From Methanomassiliicoccaceae archaeon (lineage in GTDB: Archaea > Thermoplasmatota > Thermoplasmata > Methanomassiliicoccales > Methanomassiliicoccaceae): a DNA stretch of 64,000 nucleotides. The translations under genes were made by a program, and so were the position numbers. The number at the start of each line of letters is the position of its first letter. The stretch's first letter is position 1. Shown here piece by piece: positions 1 to 10,773 of the stretch. The notes under the pieces were generated by a model. It worked only from the letters and a program-made list of their open reading frames with translations, had not been told where the DNA came from and did no database searches. The stretch spans positions 32,001 through 96,000 of the forward strand of contig CAVSJV010000005.1 in NCBI GenBank assembly GCA_963728405.1, given 5' to 3'.

Positions 1-61
1 GGAACGATAGGTAACTCCTCATCTGGCAACCTTTATCTCGCTCCGGCTCCGAACATGTTGC

Positions 62-499
62 ATGATGGAGCGAAGTGAACAGAAGGTGGCATCTAGGGTC
101 GGCGACTTCATGCGTTCCGATCCACCGATGGTTCCCTATGCCGGGGCGCTCAAGGATGCCTTGATGGTAATGATCGACCGAGACCGCACCAGTGTGCTGG
201 TCATGGATGGCGAGGACGTGGTGGGGGTCATCGGCGCCGAGGACATCGCCCGACTGGCGGCCAAGGGCGTCGATCTCTCCGCGGCCTGGGTTAAAGACTT
301 CGTAGCCGCCTGTATGCTGACCGGGAACCAGCCGTGTGTCCAGATCCAGGAGGGCGACACCGTGCTCAACGCCCTCAGGGTCATGGATAATTGGGCGGCG
401 TCACAGATTGTGGTAGTGAATGGAAAGAACAAAGTGGTCGGGACGATCTCCGCCCTCGACGCACTAAAAGGTTGGTCGAAAGAGGTTTACGGGCCCTGA
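62..499 (+). CDS. CBS-domain pair protein
   Basis: Two CBS-like repeats (VGDFMRSDPP...VVGVIGAEDI; ...VVGTISALDAL). Confidence 0.8.
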   Translation: MMERSEQKVASRVGDFMRSDPPMVPYAGALKDALMVMIDRDRTSVLVMDGEDVVGVIGAEDIARLAAKGVDLSAAWVKDFVAACMLTGNQPCVQIQEGDTVLNALRVMDNWAASQIVVVNGKNKVVGTISALDALKGWSKEVYGP

Positions 500-1970
500 T
501 CACGCACCGGTGAACAAGGCTTTAGCGGCCTCGGCACAGATGTTGATGACCGGGTCGGGCCACAGGCCGATGAGGATGGTGGCGACAACGCAGATGGCGA
601 TGGCCGCCGTCATGGACCAGGGTAGCCTGATCTTCTCCTCGGTCGGTCCCTTCTCCACATACATGTACTTGACCACTCGAGCGTAGTAGTACAGGGAGAG
701 GGCGCTGTTAAGGATACCTGCTATCGCCAGCCAGATCATCCAGTTCTGCGAGGCCACTGCCGAAGCCTGCACCGCTCCGGAGAACAGCACGAACTTGCTG
801 TCAAATCCGGCGAGGGGCGGGATCCCGGCGAGGGAGAACAGTAGGATGGTCATTCCAAAGGCGATGAACGGCGCTCTCTTGGCCAGGCCCTTATAGTCCG
901 AGATGTTCTCGCCGAGGGCGATATAGGCCATGGCCGCCACGACGATGAACGCCCCGCCCTTCATGAAGGCATGGGTGATGATCTGGAAGATGCTGCCTTC
1001 CACGGCGTATTGGGTCGCCACCGCTATGGCGATGATCATGTACCCGGCCTGGGCGATGGATGAGTAGGCCAGCATCCGCTTGATATTGGTCTGCTGCAAG
1101 GCCAGGAGGTTTCCGACGGTCATGGTCAGGATGGCTAGGATGCCTATCAACACTTGCCAGTCGGCCTTGATGGCGATCAATGCCACCAGGAAGATCTTGA
1201 ACAGTAGGACCAACCCCATCTTCTTGGAGCTGGCCGCTAACAGGCTCGAGATCGTGGTGGGTGCACCTTCGTACACATCGGGGGCCCACATCTGGAATGG
1301 TACGATGGCGACCTTGAAGCCGAAGCCGGCCACTAGCAGGCCGATGGCCAGCAGGGTGACGGCGTTCAGGCCCGAGGGCATCGCGGCCAGGGCGGTATTG
1401 ATGCCCTGGAAGTTGGTGGTGCCCGTTACTCCATACAGCAGAGATATGCCGTACAGCGCCAGGGCCGACGACAGACCGCCGATGATGAAGTACTTGGTCG
1501 CGGCCTCGGCGCCCCGCTTGTCCTTCTTGCGGAACGCTACCAGCGCGAAGGTGGAGATCGAGGCCAGTTCCAGACCGACGAACAGGGTGATCAGGTCCAG
1601 GGACGACGCCACGATCATCATACCGGCAGTTCCCAGCATGATGAGGGAGAAGTACTCGGCCTGGTGCCTGTCCTTCTCCACGTACCTTGCCGATGCTAGG
1701 ACGACGTCAGAAGGCCACTGATAGGAACACCAGGGCGAACAGGGCGGCGAACACATCGAGCCGCAGCAGCGGGGTGTCGGGCCCTCCCATGGTCGCCGGA
1801 TAGCCGTTCATGATGTAGTATAGCTCGAGCCCTATGGTGGCCGCTATGCCTGCCAAGGATATGCCGGCTAGAGAACGGCTGGACTTGGCGAGCAGATGGA
1901 CCGCCGGTAGCAACGCGGCGAACACTATCAGGATTATCTCTGGATATAGCGCGGTGTAATCAATTGCCAT
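500..1970 (-). CDS. fpoN: Fpo-like complex subunit N (one frameshift near 1720-1750)
   Basis: ORFs 1707-1970 and 500-1756 join into NuoN; motifs GLELASI, EAATKYF, FKVAIVPFQMWAPDVYEGAP. Confidence 0.93.
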
Positions 1971-1971
1971 T

Positions 1972-3456
1972 TCAGATCACCCCAGTCAATAGGCGGGGAA
2001 TCGACGGCACGATAAGGTCCATTATCAGTCTCGGATAGATACCGTAGATGGCGATGAAGCCGATCAGGATGGCCAGTGGAACGGTCTCGAACCAGTAGGA
2101 ATCGTGGATGTGGTCGGTATCTATCTTGGTGGTAAGGTTACCGAATATCGTCCTCTGCATTGCCCACAGGTAGTAGGCCGCGGTTATTGCCACGCTGATG
2201 ATGGGCACGATGACCCAGGTGCCTGCCCAGTCGTAGGTAGCGGTGAACACGGAGAACTCCGCTAGGAATCCCACTAGGCCGGGAAGGCCCAGAGAGGCCA
2301 TGAACCCGATCATCATCACGGTGGCCAGTATGGGTAGCTTGGGGGCTAGGCCGCCCAGCAGGGGGATCTCTCTCGTCCCCACCTTATGCTGGAACATGCC
2401 GCAGGTCATGAAGAGGACCGCCGTGATCAGGCCATGGGCGAACATCTGGAACACGGCCGCGGCCAGACCTAGCTGGGTCAGGGTGGCGATGCCCAGGAGC
2501 ACTATGCCCATGTGGCTGATCGACGAGTAGGCGACCATCTTCTTCAGATCGGTCTGGGCCAGACAGGCGAATGCACCATAGATAATGGACACTACACCGA
2601 TAACGGCCAGTAGGACCTGGTATTCCAAGGTGATGTTGGGGAAGGTGGTCAGGCAGACACGGATGATACCGTACGAGCCCATCTTCAGCAGCAGGCCGGC
2701 CAGCAGAACCGACCCGGCGGTCGGGGCCTGCACATGTGCGTCCGGCAGCCAAGTGTGGAACGGTACCATTGGCATCTTCACGATGAACCCGAAGAACAGG
2801 GCGAAGAATATCGCTACTGACAACAGGTGTCCGAAGTCCCCGGCTACCGTTGCGATACTTATCATGTCGAAGCTGGGCTGACCAAGCAGCGGGGCCGCCG
2901 TGAAGTACAGGGCGAATATGCCCAGTAGCATTATCAGCGACGCGACATGAGTGTATATGAAGAACTTTATCGACGCGTAGGCCCGGTTGGGACCTCCCCA
3001 GATCGCTATGAGGAAGTACATCGGGATCAGGACGACCTCCCAGAAGACGTAGAAGAGGAAATAGTCCAGGGACATGAATACGCCCAGGATGCCCACTTCT
3101 AGTATCAGCATGAGGCCCATGTATTGGTTGGTCCTTTCTTCCACATCCCACGAGAACAGGATGGCCAGGAACACCAGCAGCGTGCTGAGGAACACCATCG
3201 GTATGCTGATACCGTCCACTCCGACGTGATAGGTTATCCCGAGCTGGCTGATCCAGTTATATTGCTCCTGGAACTGGAACCCAGCGCTGAGCTGGAAGTT
3301 CGTCAGCAGGAGGACCGACAGCCCCAGGGTCATCGCCGAGAATGCCAGAGCGATATACTTGGCGGCCTTGGGGTTTTTCCCCAGCATGATGGTCGCCAGC
3401 GCTCCGATGAGCGGGAAGACCAGCAGCAGGGTCAATATGGGAATGTCTTCGAACAT
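1972..3456 (-). CDS. fpoM: Fpo-like complex subunit M
   Basis: FYVFWEVVLIPMYFLI, KMPMVPFHTWLPDAHVQAP; operon position. Confidence 0.95.
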   Translation of the reverse strand: MFEDIPILTLLLVFPLIGALATIMLGKNPKAAKYIALAFSAMTLGLSVLLLTNFQLSAGFQFQEQYNWISQLGITYHVGVDGISIPMVFLSTLLVFLAILFSWDVEERTNQYMGLMLILEVGILGVFMSLDYFLFYVFWEVVLIPMYFLIAIWGGPNRAYASIKFFIYTHVASLIMLLGIFALYFTAAPLLGQPSFDMISIATVAGDFGHLLSVAIFFALFFGFIVKMPMVPFHTWLPDAHVQAPTAGSVLLAGLLLKMGSYGIIRVCLTTFPNITLEYQVLLAVIGVVSIIYGAFACLAQTDLKKMVAYSSISHMGIVLLGIATLTQLGLAAAVFQMFAHGLITAVLFMTCGMFQHKVGTREIPLLGGLAPKLPILATVMMIGFMASLGLPGLVGFLAEFSVFTATYDWAGTWVIVPIISVAITAAYYLWAMQRTIFGNLTTKIDTDHIHDSYWFETVPLAILIGFIAIYGIYPRLIMDLIVPSIPRLLTGVI

Positions 3457-5427
3457 CTAAATCAGGCCTCCAAAGAAGAAGAGAAGAATCACAATCAGTG
3501 ACACTCCCAGCACGATCACCGCGGCGTAGGTCTGAACGAAGCCGGTCTGGCCCCTCCGCATGACGTTGCCTCCCTTTATGGATATGGTGGCAAAGAGGTT
3601 GACGATACCATCGATAACCTTCCGGTCAAACCAGTCGACCAACATGGAGAAGCCGTAGACCACCTTCAGGCCGATGATGTCGTAGCCGGCAGTAAAGCCG
3701 TACCGGGCGAGGAGGAGATCGTTGATCTTCTTCCTCATCGGGGTGGCCACGAACACATCGGAGTTGATGCTCTTCTTCTCGTAGATCAGGTAGGCCAGGA
3801 ATATTCCGAGGGCCGCTAAGATTATCGAGGTGTAGGTAAGCCAGTCAGAGAAGACGGCCACCATATCATCCAAGAATGTCACTGCCTCGATATTCCATAT
3901 CGAGGGTTGGATGAGGTCCGGGAACCCTAGCAGGAGAGCGATGAGCCCCGATGCGAACGCCAGGGCTGCCAAGATCGCCAGCGGTACCCACATGACCTTG
4001 GGCGCCTCGTGCGCGTGGTCGTGGGTGTGGTGGTCGCGCGGTTCGCCCTTGAATGTCATGAACCATAGGCGGAACATGTAAAAGGCGGTCATGAACGCGG
4101 TCACAGCACCCATTGCCCATAGTAGATAGAATATTGGGTTCTGGGCTCCCGTCTCGAACACCACGGCCAATATCTCATCCTTGGACCAGAACCCGCTGAA
4201 GGGCGGGATGCCGGCGATGGATATGCAGCCGATGAGCATGACCAGCGAGGTTATCTTCAGCTTTTTCGACAGCCCGCCCATCAGCCTCATGTCCTCGGTA
4301 TGCACGGCGTGGATGACCGCGCCGGCGCTCAAGAAGAGCAGGGCCTTGAAGAACGCGTGGTTCATCAGATGGAACATGCCAGCGTTGAAGCCGGAGTTGG
4401 GTTCCAGGGTCATGGCGAACAGGTATCCGCCGGTGCCCAGTGCCAAGAACATGTAGCCGAGCTGGCTGATCGTGGAGTAGGCAAGGACCCTCTTGATGTT
4501 GGGGTTGTTGAGGGCCATCGTCGCCGCGAACAGTGCGGTAAAGCCACCGATGACGGCGATGATGAGCATCGTGTCGGGGGTCTGGACCATTACGGGGTAA
4601 GACCTCGCCACGAGGTACACACCGGCCTTGACCATGGTAGCTGCATGGATAAGTGCGGAAACGGTGGTCGGACCTTCCATGGCATCGGGTAGCCAGTCGT
4701 GCAGAGGGAACTGCGCGGACTTGCCGATGGCGCCACCGAAGATGAAGAACGTGCCCAGAGTGAGCAGCTCGTTGCCACCACTGAAGGAGCCGACATTGTT
4801 GAAGATGTAGTCGAAGTCCAAGTTGCCCTGGAATCCGACGAAGAAGATGAACAGCCCCAGCATGAACATGATATCTCCGATTCTGGTCACCAGGAAGGCC
4901 TTCTTGGCCGCGGAGGCCGCCGAGGGCTTGGTGTTCCAGAACCCGATGAGCAGGTAGGAACACAGACCCACCAGCTCCCAGAATATGAACATCTGGAGGT
5001 AGTTCGATGCCAGCACGAGGCCGAGCATCACACCGATGAAGAGGGAGATGATGGCGTAGTAGCGACGCTTCTTGACGCCCTCCTCATGCATGTAGCCGAT
5101 CGAGTAGATGACGACCAGGGTGGCGACGAACGAAACCACGATGAGCATCAGGGCGGTCAGCGTATCGATGTATATGCCCATGTTGAAAGTGAACCCGTCC
5201 ACGACCAGCCAGGTCAGGGACTGCTTGAACACTTCGCCGGGGTAGCCGCCGGACAATATCTCATATGCTACCATCAGAGAAAGGAAACAGGAGGTGGCGG
5301 CCATCGCGATGGCGAAATACCCGCCGTTCTCCGTCTTCTTGAAAAGCTTGTTGCCCAGGAACCCTACCAATACGAACGCGATCAGCGGGAGGATGGGAAT
5401 TATCCAGGCTAGTTCGCTCCAGTACAC
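3457..5427 (-). CDS. fpoL: Fpo-like complex subunit L
   Basis: FWELVGLCSYLLIGFW, GKSAQFPLHDWLPDAMEGPT; probable GTG start at 5427. Confidence 0.95.
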   Translation of the reverse strand: MYWSELAWIIPILPLIAFVLVGFLGNKLFKKTENGGYFAIAMAATSCFLSLMVAYEILSGGYPGEVFKQSLTWLVVDGFTFNMGIYIDTLTALMLIVVSFVATLVVIYSIGYMHEEGVKKRRYYAIISLFIGVMLGLVLASNYLQMFIFWELVGLCSYLLIGFWNTKPSAASAAKKAFLVTRIGDIMFMLGLFIFFVGFQGNLDFDYIFNNVGSFSGGNELLTLGTFFIFGGAIGKSAQFPLHDWLPDAMEGPTTVSALIHAATMVKAGVYLVARSYPVMVQTPDTMLIIAVIGGFTALFAATMALNNPNIKRVLAYSTISQLGYMFLALGTGGYLFAMTLEPNSGFNAGMFHLMNHAFFKALLFLSAGAVIHAVHTEDMRLMGGLSKKLKITSLVMLIGCISIAGIPPFSGFWSKDEILAVVFETGAQNPIFYLLWAMGAVTAFMTAFYMFRLWFMTFKGEPRDHHTHDHAHEAPKVMWVPLAILAALAFASGLIALLLGFPDLIQPSIWNIEAVTFLDDMVAVFSDWLTYTSIILAALGIFLAYLIYEKKSINSDVFVATPMRKKINDLLLARYGFTAGYDIIGLKVVYGFSMLVDWFDRKVIDGIVNLFATISIKGGNVMRRGQTGFVQTYAAVIVLGVSLIVILLFFFGGLI

Positions 5428-5429
5428 TC

Positions 5430-5733
5430 TTACCACCTCAGCAGGTTGATCTCGTCAAGGCCGATAGTGCCTCTGGTCTTGTACAGGTTCATTATGATGG
5501 CCAGGCCGACCGCGACCTCTGCCGCGGCTATGGCTATGGACACGAGCGCGAAGACCTCCCCGTTCAGGTTCCCGGAGTAAGCGGAGAACGTCAACGAAGT
5601 TGATGTTGGCGGCGTTGAGCATGAGCTCGATGCACATCAGCACGATGATGGCGTTCCTCTTGGTGAGCACGCCGTACGCGCCGATGATGAACAAGATGGC
5701 CGATAGGCCCAGGAATAACTCTATCGGTATCAT
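5430..5733 (-). CDS. fpoK: Fpo-like complex subunit K (frameshift near 5590)
   Basis: [10 protein letters not shown]...[15 protein letters not shown], then in another frame [14 protein letters not shown]...LDEINLLRW*. Confidence 0.9.
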
Positions 5734-5960
5734 TCCTTCTCCTCCTGAGCGATGTAGATGCCTCCAAGCATGGAGACGAACAGGGTTACGCCTACGACCA
5801 GTATCGCCAGGCCGTAATCGTTGAATATGGTATTTCCGAACGCGTAATTGTCGGTGCTGTGCAGGGATCCGGCGGGCCACTGGGATACCAAGATGGAACC
5901 CAGGACCACTATCAGGAACAGCACGGCGGCGACACCCACGAAGACGTTCCTCTTATTCAT
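5730..5960 (-). CDS. fpoJ2: Fpo-like complex subunit J, C-terminal part (J2)
   Basis: [31 protein letters not shown] matches the NuoJ C-terminus; split J is typical of archaeal Fpo. Confidence 0.85.
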   Translation of the reverse strand: MNKRNVFVGVAAVLFLIVVLGSILVSQWPAGSLHSTDNYAFGNTIFNDYGLAILVVGVTLFVSMLGGIYIAQEEKE

Positions 5961-6225
5961 GGCGCTCACCTCCGAGCAGCCGGCGCTTGGTCAGCATGAT
6001 GCCGAACAGCATCAGCACGGACACCGCACCGACATAGATCATTATCTGGATGATGGCCAGATACTCAGCGCTCAGGAAGATATAGGTGATCGCGACCCCC
6101 AGGAAGGTGAGGGCTAGCCACATGATGCTGCGGACGATCTCCTTGGACCACAGGACCGCCAGTGCCGCGATGATGGTCACGGCGGCGATGAACAGGAATA
6201 CGATAAGGTCCCATTCAATGTTCAT
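5953..6225 (-). CDS. fpoJ1: Fpo-like complex subunit J, N-terminal part (J1)
   Basis: AEYLAIIQIMIYVGAVSVLMLFGIMLT. Confidence 0.92.
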   Translation of the reverse strand: MNIEWDLIVFLFIAAVTIIAALAVLWSKEIVRSIMWLALTFLGVAITYIFLSAEYLAIIQIMIYVGAVSVLMLFGIMLTKRRLLGGERHE

Positions 6226-6978
6226 CTACTGCACCTCCTTCATGCTGAGGGCGTCCTTTGGACATACCTCGACGCAGGTCTCGCAGGATACGCACTTCTC
6301 CTTGTTGATGACTGGCCGCTTTATGGGCCTGCCCTTCTCATTGACGCCGAACTCTTTCATTTCGATCGCCTCTACCGGGCAGTCCTTGGCGCACCGGGAG
6401 CAACTGATACATTTCTTCTCTTCCAGAACTGGAAGGTCCTTGTTCTCGGTGTTGGGGCGAGGAGCTACTCCCGTCTTCAGCTCGGAGGGTAGCACTTCGT
6501 AGATGTGCACCTCGTTGCCCGGGACCCCCGGCCACTGCAACTTGTAAGGGTCGAAGATGATGTCCTCGCGAGTGTATGACGCCAGCTCATATTCCGGCGT
6601 CACGATCATGGCGTTGGTCGGGCAGTACTCGGCGCAATAGCCGCACATCATGCACCTGCCGACGTTGACCCGGGGCCGCTTTACTTTCTCTGGTGCCTTG
6701 CCCTCTACCGTCTTGAGATCATCGACCAAGAGCAGATCGATGCAGCGGTTGGGACAGATGCGCATGCAGATGCCACAGCCTATGCACCTGTCGAAGATCA
6801 GTCCAGGCCTTCCGCGGTACACATCGGGAAGAACCAGTTTCTCCCACGGGTACATGACGGTCTGGGGCTTGTGGATCGTTGATTTGATCATCTGTTTTAG
6901 GGTGAGGTACATCGGTTTCAGGACGAAACCGGTCAGGCCCAGCTCCTTCTGTTTGTTCGATTTCTTGGCTTCAGCCAT
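6226..6978 (-). CDS. fpoI: Fpo-like complex subunit I with an extra C-terminal ferredoxin domain
   Basis: TVMYPWEK...YRGR; four CxxCxxCxxxCP motifs. Confidence 0.93.
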   Translation of the reverse strand: MAEAKKSNKQKELGLTGFVLKPMYLTLKQMIKSTIHKPQTVMYPWEKLVLPDVYRGRPGLIFDRCIGCGICMRICPNRCIDLLLVDDLKTVEGKAPEKVKRPRVNVGRCMMCGYCAEYCPTNAMIVTPEYELASYTREDIIFDPYKLQWPGVPGNEVHIYEVLPSELKTGVAPRPNTENKDLPVLEEKKCISCSRCAKDCPVEAIEMKEFGVNEKGRPIKRPVINKEKCVSCETCVEVCPKDALSMKEVQ

Positions 6979-8068
6979 CTAGAACCACCCCAGCGTCTTG
7001 AAGGCGATAGCGATGAAGATGTTGACCACTGCCAGGGGCAGCAGCCTCTTCCAGCCGATGGCCAGGATCTGGTCGGTCCTGACCCTGGGCAGTGCACCTC
7101 TCATCCAGATGAAGATGAAGAACACGAAGAACATCTTCCCCAGGAACCACAGGCCCGCGGGGATGATCTCAGGGAACGGCCCGTCCCATCCGCCTAGGAA
7201 CAGGAGCGCAGCGAGGGCCGACCCGACGAATGCCCTTGCGTACTCGGACATCATGAGCAGGCCGAACCTCATTCCACCATATTCGGTCCCCCAGCCTTCT
7301 ACCAGCTCGGCCTCCGCTTCCGGAAGGTCGAACGGGACCCTTTCCACTTCTGCGAGCATCGATAACAGGAACACCCCGAAACCGATGAACATCGGGATGA
7401 ACAGCCAGATGTGGGATTGTTGGTAGACGACGATATCGTTGAGGCTCAGGCTGCCGGTCAGGATGACCACTCCGACGACGGAGAGCAGCAACGGGATCTC
7501 ATAGGCGATTATCTGTGCAGCGCCACGCATGCCGCCGATAAGGGTGAACTTATTGTTTGATGCCCATCCTCCCAGCAGAACCGCGAACGGCGCAAGGCTG
7601 AAGAGGGCGAAGGTCAGAATCAGGCTTAGATCAGAGTCGGAGGCATAGAACCCGGGGCTATATGGTATCGTCACGAACATGAACAGGGACGTGCCGATGA
7701 GGATGACTGGGACGGCGTTATAGATCAGCACATCCGCTTTTTCGGGGATGATGATCTCCTTGACCAGGACCTTGAGGGCGTCCGCAAAGTTCTGGAACAG
7801 GCCGATCGGCCCGGTCTGGGTGCCACGGCGGTCCATCAGCCGGCCTAAGGTCTTCCTTTCCTGCCAGATCAATGTGATCGATACCAGCATGCCGACCACG
7901 AAGACGATGAGCACTACCAGTATGATGGTGATGAGGTTCAGTACGCTCGTAACTGCCTAGCCAACTCTCGAAACTATGGAATCCCAACCATCCAAAGATG
8001 GGTCCGATGATGTCTACCATTAGCCAGTGAACGAGACCGCCCAATAATTGCCAAAGATCGAGGTACAT
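6979..8068 (-). CDS. fpoH: Fpo-like complex subunit H (frameshift near 7950)
   Basis: WQERK...DRRG, GGWASNNKF, ERVPFDLPEAEAELVEG; N-terminus lies in ORF 7718-8077. Confidence 0.93.
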
Positions 8069-8073
8069 CAAAA

Positions 8074-9159
8074 TCACCTATCCGTCTCGCCCATACAGAC
8101 ATCGAGCATTCCCATGATGGAGGGGACATCAGCGACCTTGAAACCCTTGACCATCACCGGGGCCGCCGATAAGGTCACGAAGAATGGGCTTCTGACCTTC
8201 AGTCGGAAGGGCTTGTCGGTCCCGTCCCCAATGATGTACATAAGGCTCTCCCCACGGGGATCCTCCATCCTTGCCATTCCGGTGCCGACCGGCGCGTTGC
8301 GGGGCGGCTTCACTCGGATGGGTCCCGATTTGGGCATCTTCTTGAGGCATTCCCTGACGATCTGGACGGACATTCTCATCTCGTCCATGCGGACGCGGTA
8401 TCTCGCGTATACGTCGCAATCGTCACGGACGCACATGTGCCAGTCGAGCTCATCGTAGATCTCGTAGGGATCGTTGTAGCGGACATCGTACTTCACGCCG
8501 CTGCCCCTCAGGCTCGGGCCGGTGACGCCTAGATTGATGGCATCCTTGGCCGATAGTGGAGCGAGATCGACCATCCTCATGCGGAACACCGCGTTCCGGT
8601 CGATCAGGTCCTCATACTCGACCATCCGCTTTTCAAAGTAATCTAAGGTCCTTACCAGGTCTCTTTCCCAGTTGGGCGGGGCGTCGTTCCTGACGCCGCC
8701 GATCCTCGGATAATTGTAGGTCATCCTAGCGCCGGTGAGGCTCTGGAATAGGTCCAAGAACAGTTCTCTCTCCCTCATCGCGTATAGGAATATGGTCAGG
8801 TTCCCGAGGTCCGGACCAATGGCCGCCAACCACATGAGGTGGGAGCCGATCCTCTGGAGCTCGTCGGACATGACCCTGATGTACTTGGCCCTCTCCGGGA
8901 CCTCTACTCCCATCAGGTCCTCGGCGGCCAGGCAATAGACATGGCTCCAGGTGAATGATGAACCATAGCATAGCCGGTCGGCCATGGGGATGATCTGAGG
9001 ATAGTGTCTGTCCTCGACCATTTTCTCCCATCCGCGGTGAAGGTAGCCGATGACTGGCTCAGCGTCGGTGATGGTCTCACCATCGACCTTTACTCTCAGA
9101 TTCCATAGGCCATGGGTCATTGGATGCTGAGGGCCCATGTTGATCCACATTTCTGCCAT
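8074..9159 (-). CDS. fpoD: Fpo-like complex subunit D
   Basis: NMGPQHPMTHG, IGYLHRGWEK, DRLCY; lacks the NiFe CxxC pairs. Confidence 0.95.
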   Translation of the reverse strand: MAEMWINMGPQHPMTHGLWNLRVKVDGETITDAEPVIGYLHRGWEKMVEDRHYPQIIPMADRLCYGSSFTWSHVYCLAAEDLMGVEVPERAKYIRVMSDELQRIGSHLMWLAAIGPDLGNLTIFLYAMRERELFLDLFQSLTGARMTYNYPRIGGVRNDAPPNWERDLVRTLDYFEKRMVEYEDLIDRNAVFRMRMVDLAPLSAKDAINLGVTGPSLRGSGVKYDVRYNDPYEIYDELDWHMCVRDDCDVYARYRVRMDEMRMSVQIVRECLKKMPKSGPIRVKPPRNAPVGTGMARMEDPRGESLMYIIGDGTDKPFRLKVRSPFFVTLSAAPVMVKGFKVADVPSIMGMLDVCMGETDR

Positions 9160-9160
9160 C

Positions 9161-9625
9161 TTACTTCCTCCCTACTTCGCAGTCCTTCCGCATCGGGAAG
9201 AAGGTGTAGTCCTCTGGAAGCAGTATTCTCTCAAGTCGGGGGTGGCCCCTGAAAATGATGCCGAACATGTCGTAGGCCTCCCTTTCATGCCAGTTGGCTC
9301 CTTCCCACAAGGGGGTCACCGAGTCTACCTCGGGGTTATCGTGGGGAAGGTCCACCACTATCTCGATGGTGATGTTGCTGGAATAGGAGCAGATATGATA
9401 AACGGTCTGGAAACGGTCGCACCGGTCCACACCGCTGACGCAGCTGCAGTGGTCGAAACCAAGCTCGTCCTTCAGCAACTTACAGAGCTTTAGCAGGATG
9501 TCGATATTCGCGCTCATGTACAGCCGGCGTGGTCTGACCTTATCCTCGAACTTGATCTCGGTGGGGAACGCCTCAGCGATCTTGCTCTTGACCTGGTCTA
9601 TTGTGTAGATAATGTTCTGTTCCAA
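9161..9625 (-). CDS. fpoC: Fpo-like complex subunit C
   Basis: ANWHEREAYDMFGIIFRGHP...PMRKD; TTG start. Confidence 0.93.
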   Translation of the reverse strand: MEQNIIYTIDQVKSKIAEAFPTEIKFEDKVRPRRLYMSANIDILLKLCKLLKDELGFDHCSCVSGVDRCDRFQTVYHICSYSSNITIEIVVDLPHDNPEVDSVTPLWEGANWHEREAYDMFGIIFRGHPRLERILLPEDYTFFPMRKDCEVGRK

Positions 9626-9634
9626 AGTCCCACC

Positions 9635-10197
9635 TCAGTCATCCATAAATGCGCCGATCTTCGATACCTTGATCTTTTGATGCAGCTTGAGGAACCCATC
9701 GATCATGGCTTCTGGCCGCGGAGGGCAACCAGGGATGTAGATATCGACAGGTATGAATGTGTCCACGCCCTGAACGACATTATATGAATCATACCAAGGT
9801 CCGCCGGAAATGGCGCACTCGCCCATGGCCACGACCCACTTCGGCTCTGGCATTTCTTCGTAAAGACGGCGCAAGGCCGGTCGGAGCTTATTGGTGACCC
9901 ATCCGTTGACAAGCAATACATCCGATTGACGGGGGAGGATCTGAACACCATGCCATACCTTTCGGTATCAAAGCGGGGACCGGAGGCTGCCGCCATCTCC
10001 AAAGCACAACAGGCGATGCCGAAGTGCAGAGGATATATTGCATTCCTTACGCCCCAGTTGAAGAATGGGTCGGTGACCTTGTCCAATGCCTTCTTGGCAC
10101 CGCTGGCCCTGGCGATATCATCCATGACATTAGTTGACCAGTCGATGAACTCCTTCGCACTCATCGCCATCGCGTGTGGATAAAGGCTCAGATCCAT
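9635..10197 (-). CDS. fpoB: Fpo-like complex subunit B (frameshift near 9930)
   Basis: [27 protein letters not shown] across two ORFs. Confidence 0.93.
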
Positions 10198-10547
10198 AGT
10201 CTCTCCTCCTTTTTAAGGGCATAGAAGACCCCGACCAATAGCAGTCCGAAGAACGCAAGCATGAGAATCTTCGCATCGTCGGAAAGGGTGGTGAAGTTCA
10301 AGGCCCAGATCATTAGAAAAACAGTAACGACATCAAACGCGACGAAAATAATTGCAAACATATAGAATTGGAAATGGAACTGGACTTGTGCTTCACCGAT
10401 GGGTACCTCACCGCACTCATAGGTTTCCCTCTTCAACGCGGTCACTCTAGTACGTCTAAAGAACCGTGACATATAGAATGCAAAAATGGGAACTCCTAGA
10501 GCAATCACTGCAAAGATTGCTATTGGCAAATAGGTGTCCAAGAGCAT
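10188..10547 (-). CDS. fpoA: Fpo-like complex subunit A
   Basis: YECGEVP, FYMFAIIFVAFDV. Confidence 0.94.
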   Translation of the reverse strand: MLLDTYLPIAIFAVIALGVPIFAFYMSRFFRRTRVTALKRETYECGEVPIGEAQVQFHFQFYMFAIIFVAFDVVTVFLMIWALNFTTLSDDAKILMLAFFGLLLVGVFYALKKEERLWI

Positions 10548-10567
10548 TGTAGCGAGAATAGTAAGCC

Positions 10568-10578
10568 TCTATAAATAC
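10568..10578 (-). promoter_or_regulatory. Archaeal TATA box of the fpo operon (probably a leaderless transcript)
   Basis: TATTTATAG on the minus strand ~21-30 nt upstream of the fpoA ATG; no SD visible. Confidence 0.55.
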
Positions 10579-10773
10579 GTTATTACCCGTTAAGTCTACT
10601 GGCTGGTCTGGAAACGGCCGATTATCTTGTGAATTTTAAGATTTTATCATATGTATATTATCATAAAGCGGATTATTATAGCGGCCTAGCCGGCGCACCA
10701 TCATACATTCCAGAAACATAGAACATTTATACTGAGTTTTAACAACATCATTAAGCGACGGAGCGGGAGGACG

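Noticed and set aside
7950-7965. In-frame TAG upstream of the main fpoH ORF as a pyrrolysine codon
   Set aside because: The real N-terminus is in another frame, so this is a frameshift rather than readthrough
8074-10197. Operon as a group 4 [NiFe] hydrogenase
   Set aside because: The D subunit lacks the N- and C-terminal CxxC nickel ligands, and the gene order matches Fpo/Nuo
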